Positions 56,590 through 64,000 of a stretch of 64,000 bases of DNA are shown piece by piece. Every line of letters begins with the position of its first letter. Positions within the stretch are counted from its first letter, which is position 1. A program made the translations under genes and the position numbers. Location: the NCBI GenBank assembly GCA_016214565.1, contig JACROE010000002.1, positions 37,820-101,819 on the forward strand, given 5' to 3'. Source of the stretch: Candidatus Kerfeldbacteria bacterium (lineage in GTDB: Bacteria; Patescibacteriota; Patescibacteriia; UBA10025; JAHIVO01). The notes below the pieces were generated by a model. That model saw nothing but the letters and a program-made list of their open reading frames with translations. It ran no database searches and was not told where the DNA came from.

Positions 56590-57888
56590 TTATTTATTCT
56601 TTGGTTGATAATATTTTTTTCCTGCGAGCTTTTCCGGCAAATAATCCTGCTTTCCCTCTTCCGGCGTATAATCGTGCGAATACTTATAATCTTTGCCGTA
56701 TTGCAAATCTTTCATCAAATCAGTGACGGCATTGCGCAGATGCAACGGCACCGGCTCATTCATCGTATCTTTGACATCTTTCTTTGCTTCCAGCAAACCT
56801 ACATACGCAGAATTGTCCTTGGGCGCCTTTGCCAGGTAGACCACCCCATGCGCCAGATTAATCTGGCACTCGGGGTAGCCGATTTTTCGCACTGCCTCAA
56901 ATACGTCCAGCGCAATACGCAAGCCCTGCGGATCGGCCATGCCGATATCCTCCGAGGCAAAGACAACCATCCGACGGGCAATGAATTCCGGATCCTCCCC
57001 TGCCTCCACCATACGGTTGAGCCAATACAGCGCCCCATCAGGATCAGAGCCACGCATGGATTTAATAAATGCAGAAATAACATTATAATGCTCCTCGCCT
57101 TTCTTATCATACTGCAGTGCTTTATGTTGGAGCGCATCCTCAATCGTGGGCAAGTCAATGTGCTTAATCCCATCACTACCGGCACGCGTTGCTTTCACGG
57201 CGATCTCCAGGGCGTTTAACGCCGTTCGCGCATCGCCATTTGCCCCGCTGATCAAAACGTCCATAGCTTTCGCGGCAATCTTAATTTTTTGCACGCCAAA
57301 TCCCTGACGTGGGTCAGTCAGAGCGCGCTTGATAATACGGGATAATTCTGGTACCCCGTGCCGCTGCATGACAAACACCCGCGAACGGGAAAGCAACGGC
57401 GCGATCACTTCAAATGATGGATTCTCGGTCGTGGCGCCTATCAAGGTGATGATGCCATTTTCCACATACGGCAAAAAAGCGTCTTGCTGCGCTTTATTCC
57501 ATCGGTGAATTTCGTCCACAAATACAATCGTACGATCATTATGAAACTTCCGCCGCGTCTCTGCTTCGCGCACCACATTACGCAAATCATTAATGCCAGA
57601 AGTAACCGCACTCATGCTTACGAAATATGACTTGGTCATATTTGCAATAATCCGCGCTAATGTCGTCTTGCCTGATCCTGGCGGCCCCCAAAATATGATG
57701 GAGAATACTTCATCGTTCTCTATTGCCCGACGTAAAATCTTTCCCTCACCTATGATATCCTGTTGCCCCACAAAATCCTCCAGCGACTCTGGGCGGATGC
57801 GATCAGCCAACGGCGCACCACGCTGAAGTTCATGCTCCAGCTTACTATCGAATAAATCCTTTTCTTGTTTTTTCTTAGAAATAGGCAT
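56590..57888 (-). CDS. rarA: Replication-associated recombination protein A, AAA+ family (MgsA/WRNIP1)
   Basis: 432 aa. Walker A GPPGSGKTTLA, Walker B VFVDEIHR, and the MgsA C-terminal domain. Confidence 0.9.
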   Translation of the reverse strand: MPISKKKQEKDLFDSKLEHELQRGAPLADRIRPESLEDFVGQQDIIGEGKILRRAIENDEVFSIIFWGPPGSGKTTLARIIANMTKSYFVSMSAVTSGINDLRNVVREAETRRKFHNDRTIVFVDEIHRWNKAQQDAFLPYVENGIITLIGATTENPSFEVIAPLLSRSRVFVMQRHGVPELSRIIKRALTDPRQGFGVQKIKIAAKAMDVLISGANGDARTALNALEIAVKATRAGSDGIKHIDLPTIEDALQHKALQYDKKGEEHYNVISAFIKSMRGSDPDGALYWLNRMVEAGEDPEFIARRMVVFASEDIGMADPQGLRIALDVFEAVRKIGYPECQINLAHGVVYLAKAPKDNSAYVGLLEAKKDVKDTMNEPVPLHLRNAVTDLMKDLQYGKDYKYSHDYTPEEGKQDYLPEKLAGKKYYQPKNK

Positions 57889-58417
57889 AGGTTAGACCTT
57901 TTTTACTCCCCATCATTTCATTATAGTGCTGCTTGGACCAATCCGCACGCGCCACGCCAAGCCGCTCTAATGCCTTAGCTAATTTCAATTGATTGCTTTT
58001 CGTATTTGCCCCTTGGATCTCCACTTCCACAAACCAACCCAATCCTTTTACCTGGTCAATGACAATTTCAACTTTCCCCAACCGATACACACGCCTCTTC
58101 TTCTCCACTGCATACGCCTCTTTCATTCTTAATTCTTTCAACACTGTTCGCAGAATAGCCTCATCCCCTACCGGCACTTCAATCTCCGTGGCAGCATATC
58201 GACCCGAGCTCATATGAAGTTCGAGCCGTGTCTCCTTACTGATATAATCATGCCGCACGCGCAGTATTTTTCCTGATCGCTTGGTAAATGATAGGCCAAA
58301 TGGCTGATAATACCGATCTACTTGATGTTTCCGGCCAACATACCGTGCACCCAACTGCTTGAGCCTGCGTTCTAATTCAGGACGATTGCGAATATGTGCT
58401 TTAATTTCTATTTCCAT
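57875..58417 (-). CDS. CYTH-domain protein (triphosphate tunnel metalloenzyme, CyaB-like)
   Basis: 180 aa. Starts MEIEIKA (the ExExK motif). R/K/E residues pattern on alternating beta strands. Confidence 0.7.
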   Translation of the reverse strand: MEIEIKAHIRNRPELERRLKQLGARYVGRKHQVDRYYQPFGLSFTKRSGKILRVRHDYISKETRLELHMSSGRYAATEIEVPVGDEAILRTVLKELRMKEAYAVEKKRRVYRLGKVEIVIDQVKGLGWFVEVEIQGANTKSNQLKLAKALERLGVARADWSKQHYNEMMGSKKGLTYAYF

Positions 58418-59159
58418 GGCTTTTCCAGGTAATGCGTTTTAATAATGGCCCATACAAATCTTCATCCCAACCAATGGTAAATGCGCTGTACTTTTTTCGC
58501 GGGCGATAGGGTTGGGCGGTAAAGGCTACTTGGGGCACGTCTGAGATGACAACCAATGGAGTTTGCTCAGTCCCCTCACCCATGGCAAACACCGCCGCAC
58601 CCGCCAGTGCATCCACCACATTGGTGGTGGACACTTTAAACTTTCTGCCAAACAAGTCTTTGGTGCCGCGATAATCGTTAATCGGACGAAAACCATAGTG
58701 CCCCAGTCCAATGCCTAATACGCCGCGACGCATGGGCACGGTATGACTGTCAGTAATGACCACGCCAACTTTTTTCACGCGATACGTTTTCCGTAACCAT
58801 TGCCAAATTTCTTTGGCAATTTTTTCCGGCTGCTTGGGCCAGAGCACATAGTACTCGCCGCTATTTGAGGCATCAATGCCAGCAGATGGTATTAAAATAT
58901 TATGTTTGATAGTTAAAACGGCGTAGCCACCTGGAACAAATCGGCGCGGTATATATTTATCCGCTTCTTTGATAATGAGTTCATCTTTACTTTTCACCGA
59001 ATCCTTCCGGACGCACCGTCCCTGATGGATACTGACTACTTTCGAGGCAATAGCAATGATAGAACCCTCGTGCACCTGCCGCAAACCCTTACGCAAAACA
59101 GCGTACAGATCGTCCTGCGGCGGATAAAAAACTTTAGTTTTTATGGCTTTTACGCGCAT
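58401..59159 (-). CDS. CofE-like gamma-glutamyl ligase, coenzyme F420-0:L-glutamate ligase family
   Basis: 252 aa, collinear with archaeal CofE (IIAIASKVVSIHQGR, SAGIDASNSGE, VGVVITDSHTVPMRRGVLGIGLG, KDLFGRKFKVSTTNVVDALAGAAVFAMGEG). Confidence 0.7.
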   Translation of the reverse strand: MRVKAIKTKVFYPPQDDLYAVLRKGLRQVHEGSIIAIASKVVSIHQGRCVRKDSVKSKDELIIKEADKYIPRRFVPGGYAVLTIKHNILIPSAGIDASNSGEYYVLWPKQPEKIAKEIWQWLRKTYRVKKVGVVITDSHTVPMRRGVLGIGLGHYGFRPINDYRGTKDLFGRKFKVSTTNVVDALAGAAVFAMGEGTEQTPLVVISDVPQVAFTAQPYRPRKKYSAFTIGWDEDLYGPLLKRITWKSHGNRN

Positions 59160-59207
59160 AGAATTAACATAATCATAGCATTTTTAACACTTCTCCGATA
59201 TGGGGCT

Positions 59208-59236
59208 TGACACTAAACATGGTTAGTGGTATGGTA
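59208..59236 (+). promoter_or_regulatory. Candidate sigma70-type promoter upstream of the tRNA / GIY-YIG locus
   Basis: TTGACA, 17-nt spacer, TATGGT preceded by TGG. Confidence 0.4.
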
Positions 59237-59328
59237 CTGGGTTGTAAATTGAAAACCTTTCTCGAGATGCGCTTTATGTGTTAAAATGGCGTCTAGACCT
59301 ATGTTACCCACTCAGCCGCTCTGACTGC

Positions 59329-59388
59329 CGGGGATTGGCCTAATTTCCGCCTAAGGCGGATCAGCCTCTGGCTGAGGCGAAACTTCTT
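59329..59388 (+). pseudogene. 5' fragment of a tRNA, truncated by the GIY-YIG gene
   Basis: cggggattggcctaatt (17 nt) and ctaaggcg are identical to the acceptor 5' strand and D-arm of the downstream tRNA-Pro. No T-arm follows; the sequence runs straight into the ATG of the GIY-YIG ORF. Confidence 0.4.
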
Positions 59389-59637
59389 ATGTTTACTGTA
59401 TATGTTTTGAAAAGTAAACGTAACGGAAAACGCTACGTTGGATACACATCAAAGAAGCCAACTCTACGATTGGGGGAACATAACCAAGGTTCTAATACGT
59501 GGTCTCGACATAACGGTCCATTTTCACTGATACATACTGAAAAATTTCCTGATAAAACATCTGCTATCAAACGTGAACGATTTCTGAAGTCAGATGTGGG
59601 AAGAAAATGGCTTGACAGTTTCCTGTCTGATGTCTGA
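59389..59637 (+). CDS. GIY-YIG nuclease family protein, second copy
   Basis: 82 aa. VYVLKSKRNGKRYVGYTSK...RLGEHN GIY-YIG core. Confidence 0.75.
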   Translation: MFTVYVLKSKRNGKRYVGYTSKKPTLRLGEHNQGSNTWSRHNGPFSLIHTEKFPDKTSAIKRERFLKSDVGRKWLDSFLSDV

Positions 59638-59649
59638 CGCGATCTCCGT

Positions 59650-59723
59650 CGGGGATTGGCCTAATTGGCTAAGGCGCACGATTCGGGTTCGTGAGATTCC
59701 GGGTTCAAGTCCCGGATCCCCGA
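59650..59723 (+). tRNA. tRNA-Pro (anticodon CGG)
   Basis: Cloverleaf by hand. Acceptor CGGGGAT / ATCCCCG with C1:G72, as in bacterial tRNA-Pro. U8. D-stem GCCT/AGGC. Anticodon stem CACGA/TCGTG. Loop TTCGGGT with U33, anticodon CGG, G37. T-arm CCGGG-TTCAAGT-CCCGG. Discriminator A73. No encoded CCA. Confidence 0.85.
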
Positions 59724-59778
59724 CGGAGATCGGATCAAAAGCTAATAAAAAAGTCACAACAGCTGTATATTACAATTG

Positions 59779-59836
59779 TGCCTGCACATGAATAATTCAT
59801 TCGCGAATCGTTCATGTGCATTCATAATTACGTGAA
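59779..59836. promoter_or_regulatory. Cluster of palindromes built from ATTCA/TGAAT half-sites, a candidate operator upstream of a small gene
   Basis: ATGAATAATTCAT (a 13-bp perfect palindrome) and GCATTCATAATTACGTGAATGC within 60 bp. Confidence 0.35.
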
Positions 59837-59978
59837 TGCGAAACCTTCACCCTTCCTTTTTAGGAGGACACCTTGATCCTTTCATCTTCTCCTCACAGTC
59901 CGCCGAGACATTGATTCATTATTTGGATCACACAGATGAGTAACCAAAAACTTTTCAATGTCATCGGAGGACTATCTA

Positions 59979-60211
59979 TGAGTAAATCTACGCAAGTTCA
60001 GCTGGCTGAACTGTTCCCCAAGGGTTCCGGCCGTGCACCAGAAGGCACCAGAATTCACTTTCAGCCGGACGGGCTGAATGAAACGGTGACCGGTACGGTC
60101 AAGAAAAGATCGGGCAATATGGCCCGCATCGAATTCCTGGATCCCAATAAGAGTGGGGCGCCAACCAGAGTTGACCTTCCTCTCACACAGGTCGTCACCA
60201 AACTCGGCTAA
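59979..60211 (+). CDS. Small hypothetical protein
   Basis: The ORF opens at 59936, but the likely start is MSKST, with a GGAGG ribosome-binding site 7 nt upstream. 77 aa, no motif. Confidence 0.4.
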
Positions 60212-60343
60212 ATCAGCCACACTTCGCGTATTATCTCATTTCAACGGCTCGCGCATCTTTGCACGGGCCGTTATTTTTTTATGTTATAAAATCGCCGTCG
60301 GTCGAAAAACCAACGGCGATACAAAACAAGACAGATCAAAGGA

Positions 60344-61720
60344 TCAACAATTCGGCTCAAGCGCAGCAGTCAGGTCGAGTCCGTTCCGCTGATACACAAC
60401 CGGCATGTTCTGCTGGAGTGCCTTCTTGAAATCGAAACAAGGATCGAGGCAACCAACAGGAATCATGTCTCGCAACAGTCGAGCGCCTTCGGCATCTGAA
60501 CGCGGGAACAAGGACTGTCGGAGCGCATACCCTAGGTCTCGCTCTTCCTCCATCGCTTTGAAAGCGCATCCCTGGACGAAATAGTAGACGTCATCAGCAG
60601 TAAAGCCATGTTCAGGAGTACAGAGCTGTTCACAGAGCACCGTCTTTACCTGCTCCGATGCCCAGCAGCCAAAAGTGCGCTGAATGCCCTTTGCCATTCG
60701 GTCGCGCTGGACTTCCATGCCCGAAACTATTTTTGTCATCAGTTGCAGCATGTAGCTGATAAGAATGGTAGAATCCGGCAGAATAATCCGCTCGACCGAG
60801 GACTGCGAGATATCACGCTCCAATGGCGTGGCGATGTTCTCCATCGCCGCATGCGCGTAACCGCGTAGCGCGCGCGGCATGCCGCGCTCACGCTCATTCA
60901 TGATCGTGTTCTTCTTGTGCGGCATGGCACTTGACCCCTTCTGTTTCTTCTTCCGAGGCTCAAGCACTTCTCGATACGCAGTCTGACCGAGGATATAATT
61001 ATCCATGGCCATCTTTTCCAGAACGCCGCCCAGGATGGCAATCTCGGACAAAAGCCGGGCCATGCTGTCACGTAAGACAATCTGCGATGCCGCCGGCCGG
61101 ACGCGCAGACCCAACAGTTTGAGAATGTCAGCCTCCAGCTCAGGAGTGAGAGAGCCGTAGGTGCCCATAGCTCCAGAACACTTCGTCATCTCCAACTGAC
61201 TACCAACGAATTGCAGGCTTTCTCGAGACTGCCGCAGCCCATCGAGATATACGAGCAATCGCGCCGCATAGGTAATCACCTGACCATCCTGGCCGTGGGT
61301 GATACCCATACAGTAAGTCCACTGGTGCGCGCTTGCCTGGTGGCAAGTCGCGTCAATCAGCGCATCGAGATCACGTGTAATTTCCTTCAATGCCAATCGC
61401 AACAGCAACGCCATAGCCGGATCTTCGGTATCATACGAAGTAACCAGCTCGTGAAATTTCCCCTGTAATTCTACAGGAAGATACTGACGAACCACGTCGA
61501 CAAACGCCTGGAGATCATGCTCGATCTCCTTTTCTCGCTGTTCGATTTCCCGAGCAGTGAAACGCGCTGCATCTTTGATGCGCTGGTGAGTTCCGACAGG
61601 ATACTCGCCCCGCAGTTCACGTGCTTTAATGACGGCCAATTCAACCTGTAGCCACATCTTAAATTTACGATGCAGCAGCCAGACCTGGCCAATGCGTTTT
61701 GGTGTATATCGTTTAATCAC
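60344..61720 (-). CDS. purB: Adenylosuccinate lyase
   Basis: 458 aa. Fumarate-lyase signature GSSAMPHKKN. Confidence 0.9.
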   Translation of the reverse strand: MIKRYTPKRIGQVWLLHRKFKMWLQVELAVIKARELRGEYPVGTHQRIKDAARFTAREIEQREKEIEHDLQAFVDVVRQYLPVELQGKFHELVTSYDTEDPAMALLLRLALKEITRDLDALIDATCHQASAHQWTYCMGITHGQDGQVITYAARLLVYLDGLRQSRESLQFVGSQLEMTKCSGAMGTYGSLTPELEADILKLLGLRVRPAASQIVLRDSMARLLSEIAILGGVLEKMAMDNYILGQTAYREVLEPRKKKQKGSSAMPHKKNTIMNERERGMPRALRGYAHAAMENIATPLERDISQSSVERIILPDSTILISYMLQLMTKIVSGMEVQRDRMAKGIQRTFGCWASEQVKTVLCEQLCTPEHGFTADDVYYFVQGCAFKAMEEERDLGYALRQSLFPRSDAEGARLLRDMIPVGCLDPCFDFKKALQQNMPVVYQRNGLDLTAALEPNC

Positions 61721-61880
61721 GACACACCTCCTCTTTTAGTTATAGGGTTCTTTGTTTATTTCAGCCTCCAAATTCCCCTACCTTAGCACCGCGACCTACA
61801 ATCGTCAATAATAAAAATCTCGTTCCCACCGAAGTGAAAACGAGATCTCGATCTAACAATAGAACTAATCCTCCATTTGA

Positions 61881-63398
61881 TTATGCAGACTTGTGTCGCG
61901 AACGCTTCGCCACATCCGGACGAATGATAATGGCGTCCCGTTCAGGGCCAGTACCAATGAGCAGAATCGGCACGCCCAGTCGCTTCTCCAGCTTCCAGAT
62001 GTATCGTTTCGCCGCTGCCGGCAATTTGTTCCAATCGGTTATTCCGGTGATATCCTGATCCCATCCCTCCCAGAACTCATAGACCGGGCGGATGCGCGAG
62101 AGTGAATCGGTATCGGGCATCATACCGGGGGACAATTGCTTATCGTCAAGCAGATACCCGATCACCACCGGAATTTTTTTGATTCCAGATAGCATGTCGA
62201 ATCGCGTCAAAGCGAAATACTGCGGACCATTGATGCGGATGACATAGTGAAGCCACATCAGGTCCATAAATCCCACGCTTCGACCACGACCAGTCGTGGC
62301 GCCGAGCTCATAGCCCAACACTTGGAAGTACTGGCTCCAGTCGGCCATGGTAGCGCGGCCATCATTGATCCGCTGAAGTTTGTCACGGAGAAATGCATTG
62401 CGTTCCGCCGTATTTTTGAAGAGGTTGGGATGCATTTTGGCAAACCAACTCGCCTTCTTCCGATCCCAAATCTCCGATGGGAATGGACCCTCACCAACAC
62501 GAGTTGGCAAAGCTTTCATGACCATCAGTACGATAGCTTTGGCGAATGCCTTCAGCGGCAAACCACTCCCCAAGGGAGCGCCACCGGCGACCGAATGTCC
62601 CGATGACACATACGGCCAGGTACCAAGATCAATATCCAGACCTGGTGCTTGGGCCGCCTCGAAAAGTATGCGCAAACCAGCGGTATACGCTCCAGAAAGC
62701 TCGTGGGCAGTATCGGTGACCATTGACTTGATAATCGCCGCATCGCGGAGCAACGCCTTCTCAACGGCGATAGGCAAGGGAATGTCCTGACGCTTGATCA
62801 AACCCGCTTTGACCATCGCGTCAAAATCAGGCTTGAGCGCCCGATACAATCCCTGAAGTCGTAAGCGGAGTGCTTTCGACTGATAGAGATGATGAACCTG
62901 CGGACCACACCGCAAAACTTTTAGTCCTGCGAGTGGACCAATTGCCTTGCCAGTCGTGCCGACTTTCTTGCCGCCAGCTGAATGCTCCAGCCAGCGCTCG
63001 AAGAGTTCGTGCCACGGTGTCCAGAGTGGCGAGTATTTATCCACCCAGATGGGGGGTAACTTCTTGCCGAGGACGCGCCGAGCATCCTCAAATTCAGCGA
63101 TAAACCGCTTGAGGTCAAAGAAGACCCCGCGCGCCAACACGCACCGAATACCCTGTGCAATTCCGCACGGAATCAGATGGCCAACGAACTTTTTACCCTC
63201 GGGGGTCACCAGCGTATGGCCAGCACCAGCGCCGCCACTGTAGCGGACAGCCAGATCATACAAATGGGAAAGAAAATCGACGATCTTGCCCTTACCCTCA
63301 TCCCCCCAGTATGAACCGGTGATGATGAGCATTTGAGCGGAACAAAAGATGCGCCGCGCCTGTGCGTACAAACGCTGCATTTTCTGAGAAACTGACAT
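61881..63398 (-). CDS. purA: Adenylosuccinate synthetase
   Basis: 505 aa. GSYWGDEGKGKIVDFL P-loop, GAGHT. Longer than the typical PurA. Confidence 0.85.
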   Translation of the reverse strand: MSVSQKMQRLYAQARRIFCSAQMLIITGSYWGDEGKGKIVDFLSHLYDLAVRYSGGAGAGHTLVTPEGKKFVGHLIPCGIAQGIRCVLARGVFFDLKRFIAEFEDARRVLGKKLPPIWVDKYSPLWTPWHELFERWLEHSAGGKKVGTTGKAIGPLAGLKVLRCGPQVHHLYQSKALRLRLQGLYRALKPDFDAMVKAGLIKRQDIPLPIAVEKALLRDAAIIKSMVTDTAHELSGAYTAGLRILFEAAQAPGLDIDLGTWPYVSSGHSVAGGAPLGSGLPLKAFAKAIVLMVMKALPTRVGEGPFPSEIWDRKKASWFAKMHPNLFKNTAERNAFLRDKLQRINDGRATMADWSQYFQVLGYELGATTGRGRSVGFMDLMWLHYVIRINGPQYFALTRFDMLSGIKKIPVVIGYLLDDKQLSPGMMPDTDSLSRIRPVYEFWEGWDQDITGITDWNKLPAAAKRYIWKLEKRLGVPILLIGTGPERDAIIIRPDVAKRSRHKSA

Positions 63399-63528
63399 AG
63401 AATACCTCCTGGCGTTGCCTGAAATGTCAAAGCAGGCTATTTTTCATGTTTATTGTTATTTCAAATTATCTCACCTTATCATTCCACTGGCATGCCGTCA
63501 ATTCTATCAAAAATGATTATTTCTAATG

Positions 63529-63558
63529 CCTGGCTTGACGACACGTCAGCCCAAGACG
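63529..63558 (+). promoter_or_regulatory. Sigma70-type promoter of the terminal partial gene
   Basis: TTGACG, 18-nt spacer, TACAAT. Confidence 0.4.
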
Positions 63559-63614
63559 TACAATACGTCAAAACCAACACATAAACCGCCTTCATGGTTT
63601 CATAGGAGGAACCC

Positions 63615-64000
63615 ATGTACCAGCTCATTACCATAGTACTGCTCTACACGTGTATGAGCACGGCAACGGCAACCGCCAACACCACCCAAACCGCTACCGA
63701 CACAACCGTCGACTCTCTTACTGCACAATGCCAGGAACTGCAATTGGATCGTGACTCAGTCGTGGCAGCCTTTCAGACAATGGATGCATTACTCGCCGGG
63801 GAGCTGACATACTTTGAACGGAGCTCTACCGTTGACACGGGCAAAACATACTATTATGCAGCCGTCGATAGTGAAATAACAGCTCAGCACCTCGCTCGAA
63901 AACTATCGTGTACCTTACCACCTAGTTTTATTACGGAACCTGACTACTATTTTGTCGTCGGCTATCGCCTCAGTGAGGACTATGGAGATAAGCCCTGTCG
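63615..64000 (+). CDS. Secreted hypothetical protein, 5' part; the gene continues past the window end
   Basis: GGAGG ribosome-binding site 8 nt upstream of the ATG at 63615. N-terminal hydrophobic signal MYQLITIVLLYTCMSTATATA, then a Thr-rich region. Open to the end of the window. Confidence 0.45.
   Translation, partial: MYQLITIVLLYTCMSTATATANTTQTATDTTVDSLTAQCQELQLDRDSVVAAFQTMDALLAGELTYFERSSTVDTGKTYYYAAVDSEITAQHLARKLSCTLPPSFITEPDYYFVVGYRLSEDYGDKPC

Noticed and set aside
1-64000. A search for CRISPR arrays, rRNA genes, transposase or integrase genes, and prophage structural genes.
   Set aside because: There are no spacer-separated direct repeats, no rRNA-like conserved stretches and no transposase, integrase or capsid-like ORFs. 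The only mobile-type genes are the two small GIY-YIG nucleases.

Overview
The window is gene-dense (about 80% coding) with overlapping or abutting genes, from a small-genome, probably uncultivated bacterium. The sequence shows LPXTG-type cell-wall sorting signals, a reduced division/cell-wall cluster, many small overlapping operons and two GIY-YIG genes, one of them beside a tRNA. These features are compatible with a CPR/Patescibacteria-like or other monoderm lineage, but this cannot be established from sequence alone. Housekeeping content, in coordinate order: a glycolytic operon pgk-eno-gpmI plus a second tandem gpmI copy that is cut by the window start; a reduced division/cell-wall cluster mraZ-rsmH-ftsL-ftsI-murF with no murE, mraY or murD in the window; lexA and dinB; rplJ-rplL with a strong promoter and leader; the operon pcm-manC-mltG-pyrH; uppP, mutM and kbl; rarA with a CYTH-domain gene and a CofE-like ligase gene; purB and purA; and a tRNA-Pro(CGG). 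Accessory or unusual content: (i) an AT-rich sensory operon at 4.3-10.9 kb with three paralogous 7TM receptor modules (a GAF-GAF histidine kinase, a 7TM-only protein and a 7TM-GAF protein), a SAM-dependent methyltransferase and a fusion of a nucleoside-deoxyribosyltransferase-like domain to a ribbon-helix-helix domain, with no response regulator; (ii) a roughly 14.6 kb surface-protein island at 33.7-48.9 kb with two CAP-domain proteins, two paralogous giant sortase-substrate adhesins of 2226 and 1363 aa carrying Ca-binding SdrD-B-like and DUF11-like repeats, and a Big_2 protein; (iii) a dispersed imperfect 28-nt repeat family whose inverted copies flank a GIY-YIG gene and, separately, form a 135-bp ORF-less miniature element between murF and ftsI; (iv) a second GIY-YIG gene wedged between a 5' tRNA fragment and an intact tRNA-Pro whose acceptor helix is extended to 16 bp; (v) several strong sigma70-type promoters, palindromic operator candidates, and intrinsic terminators.
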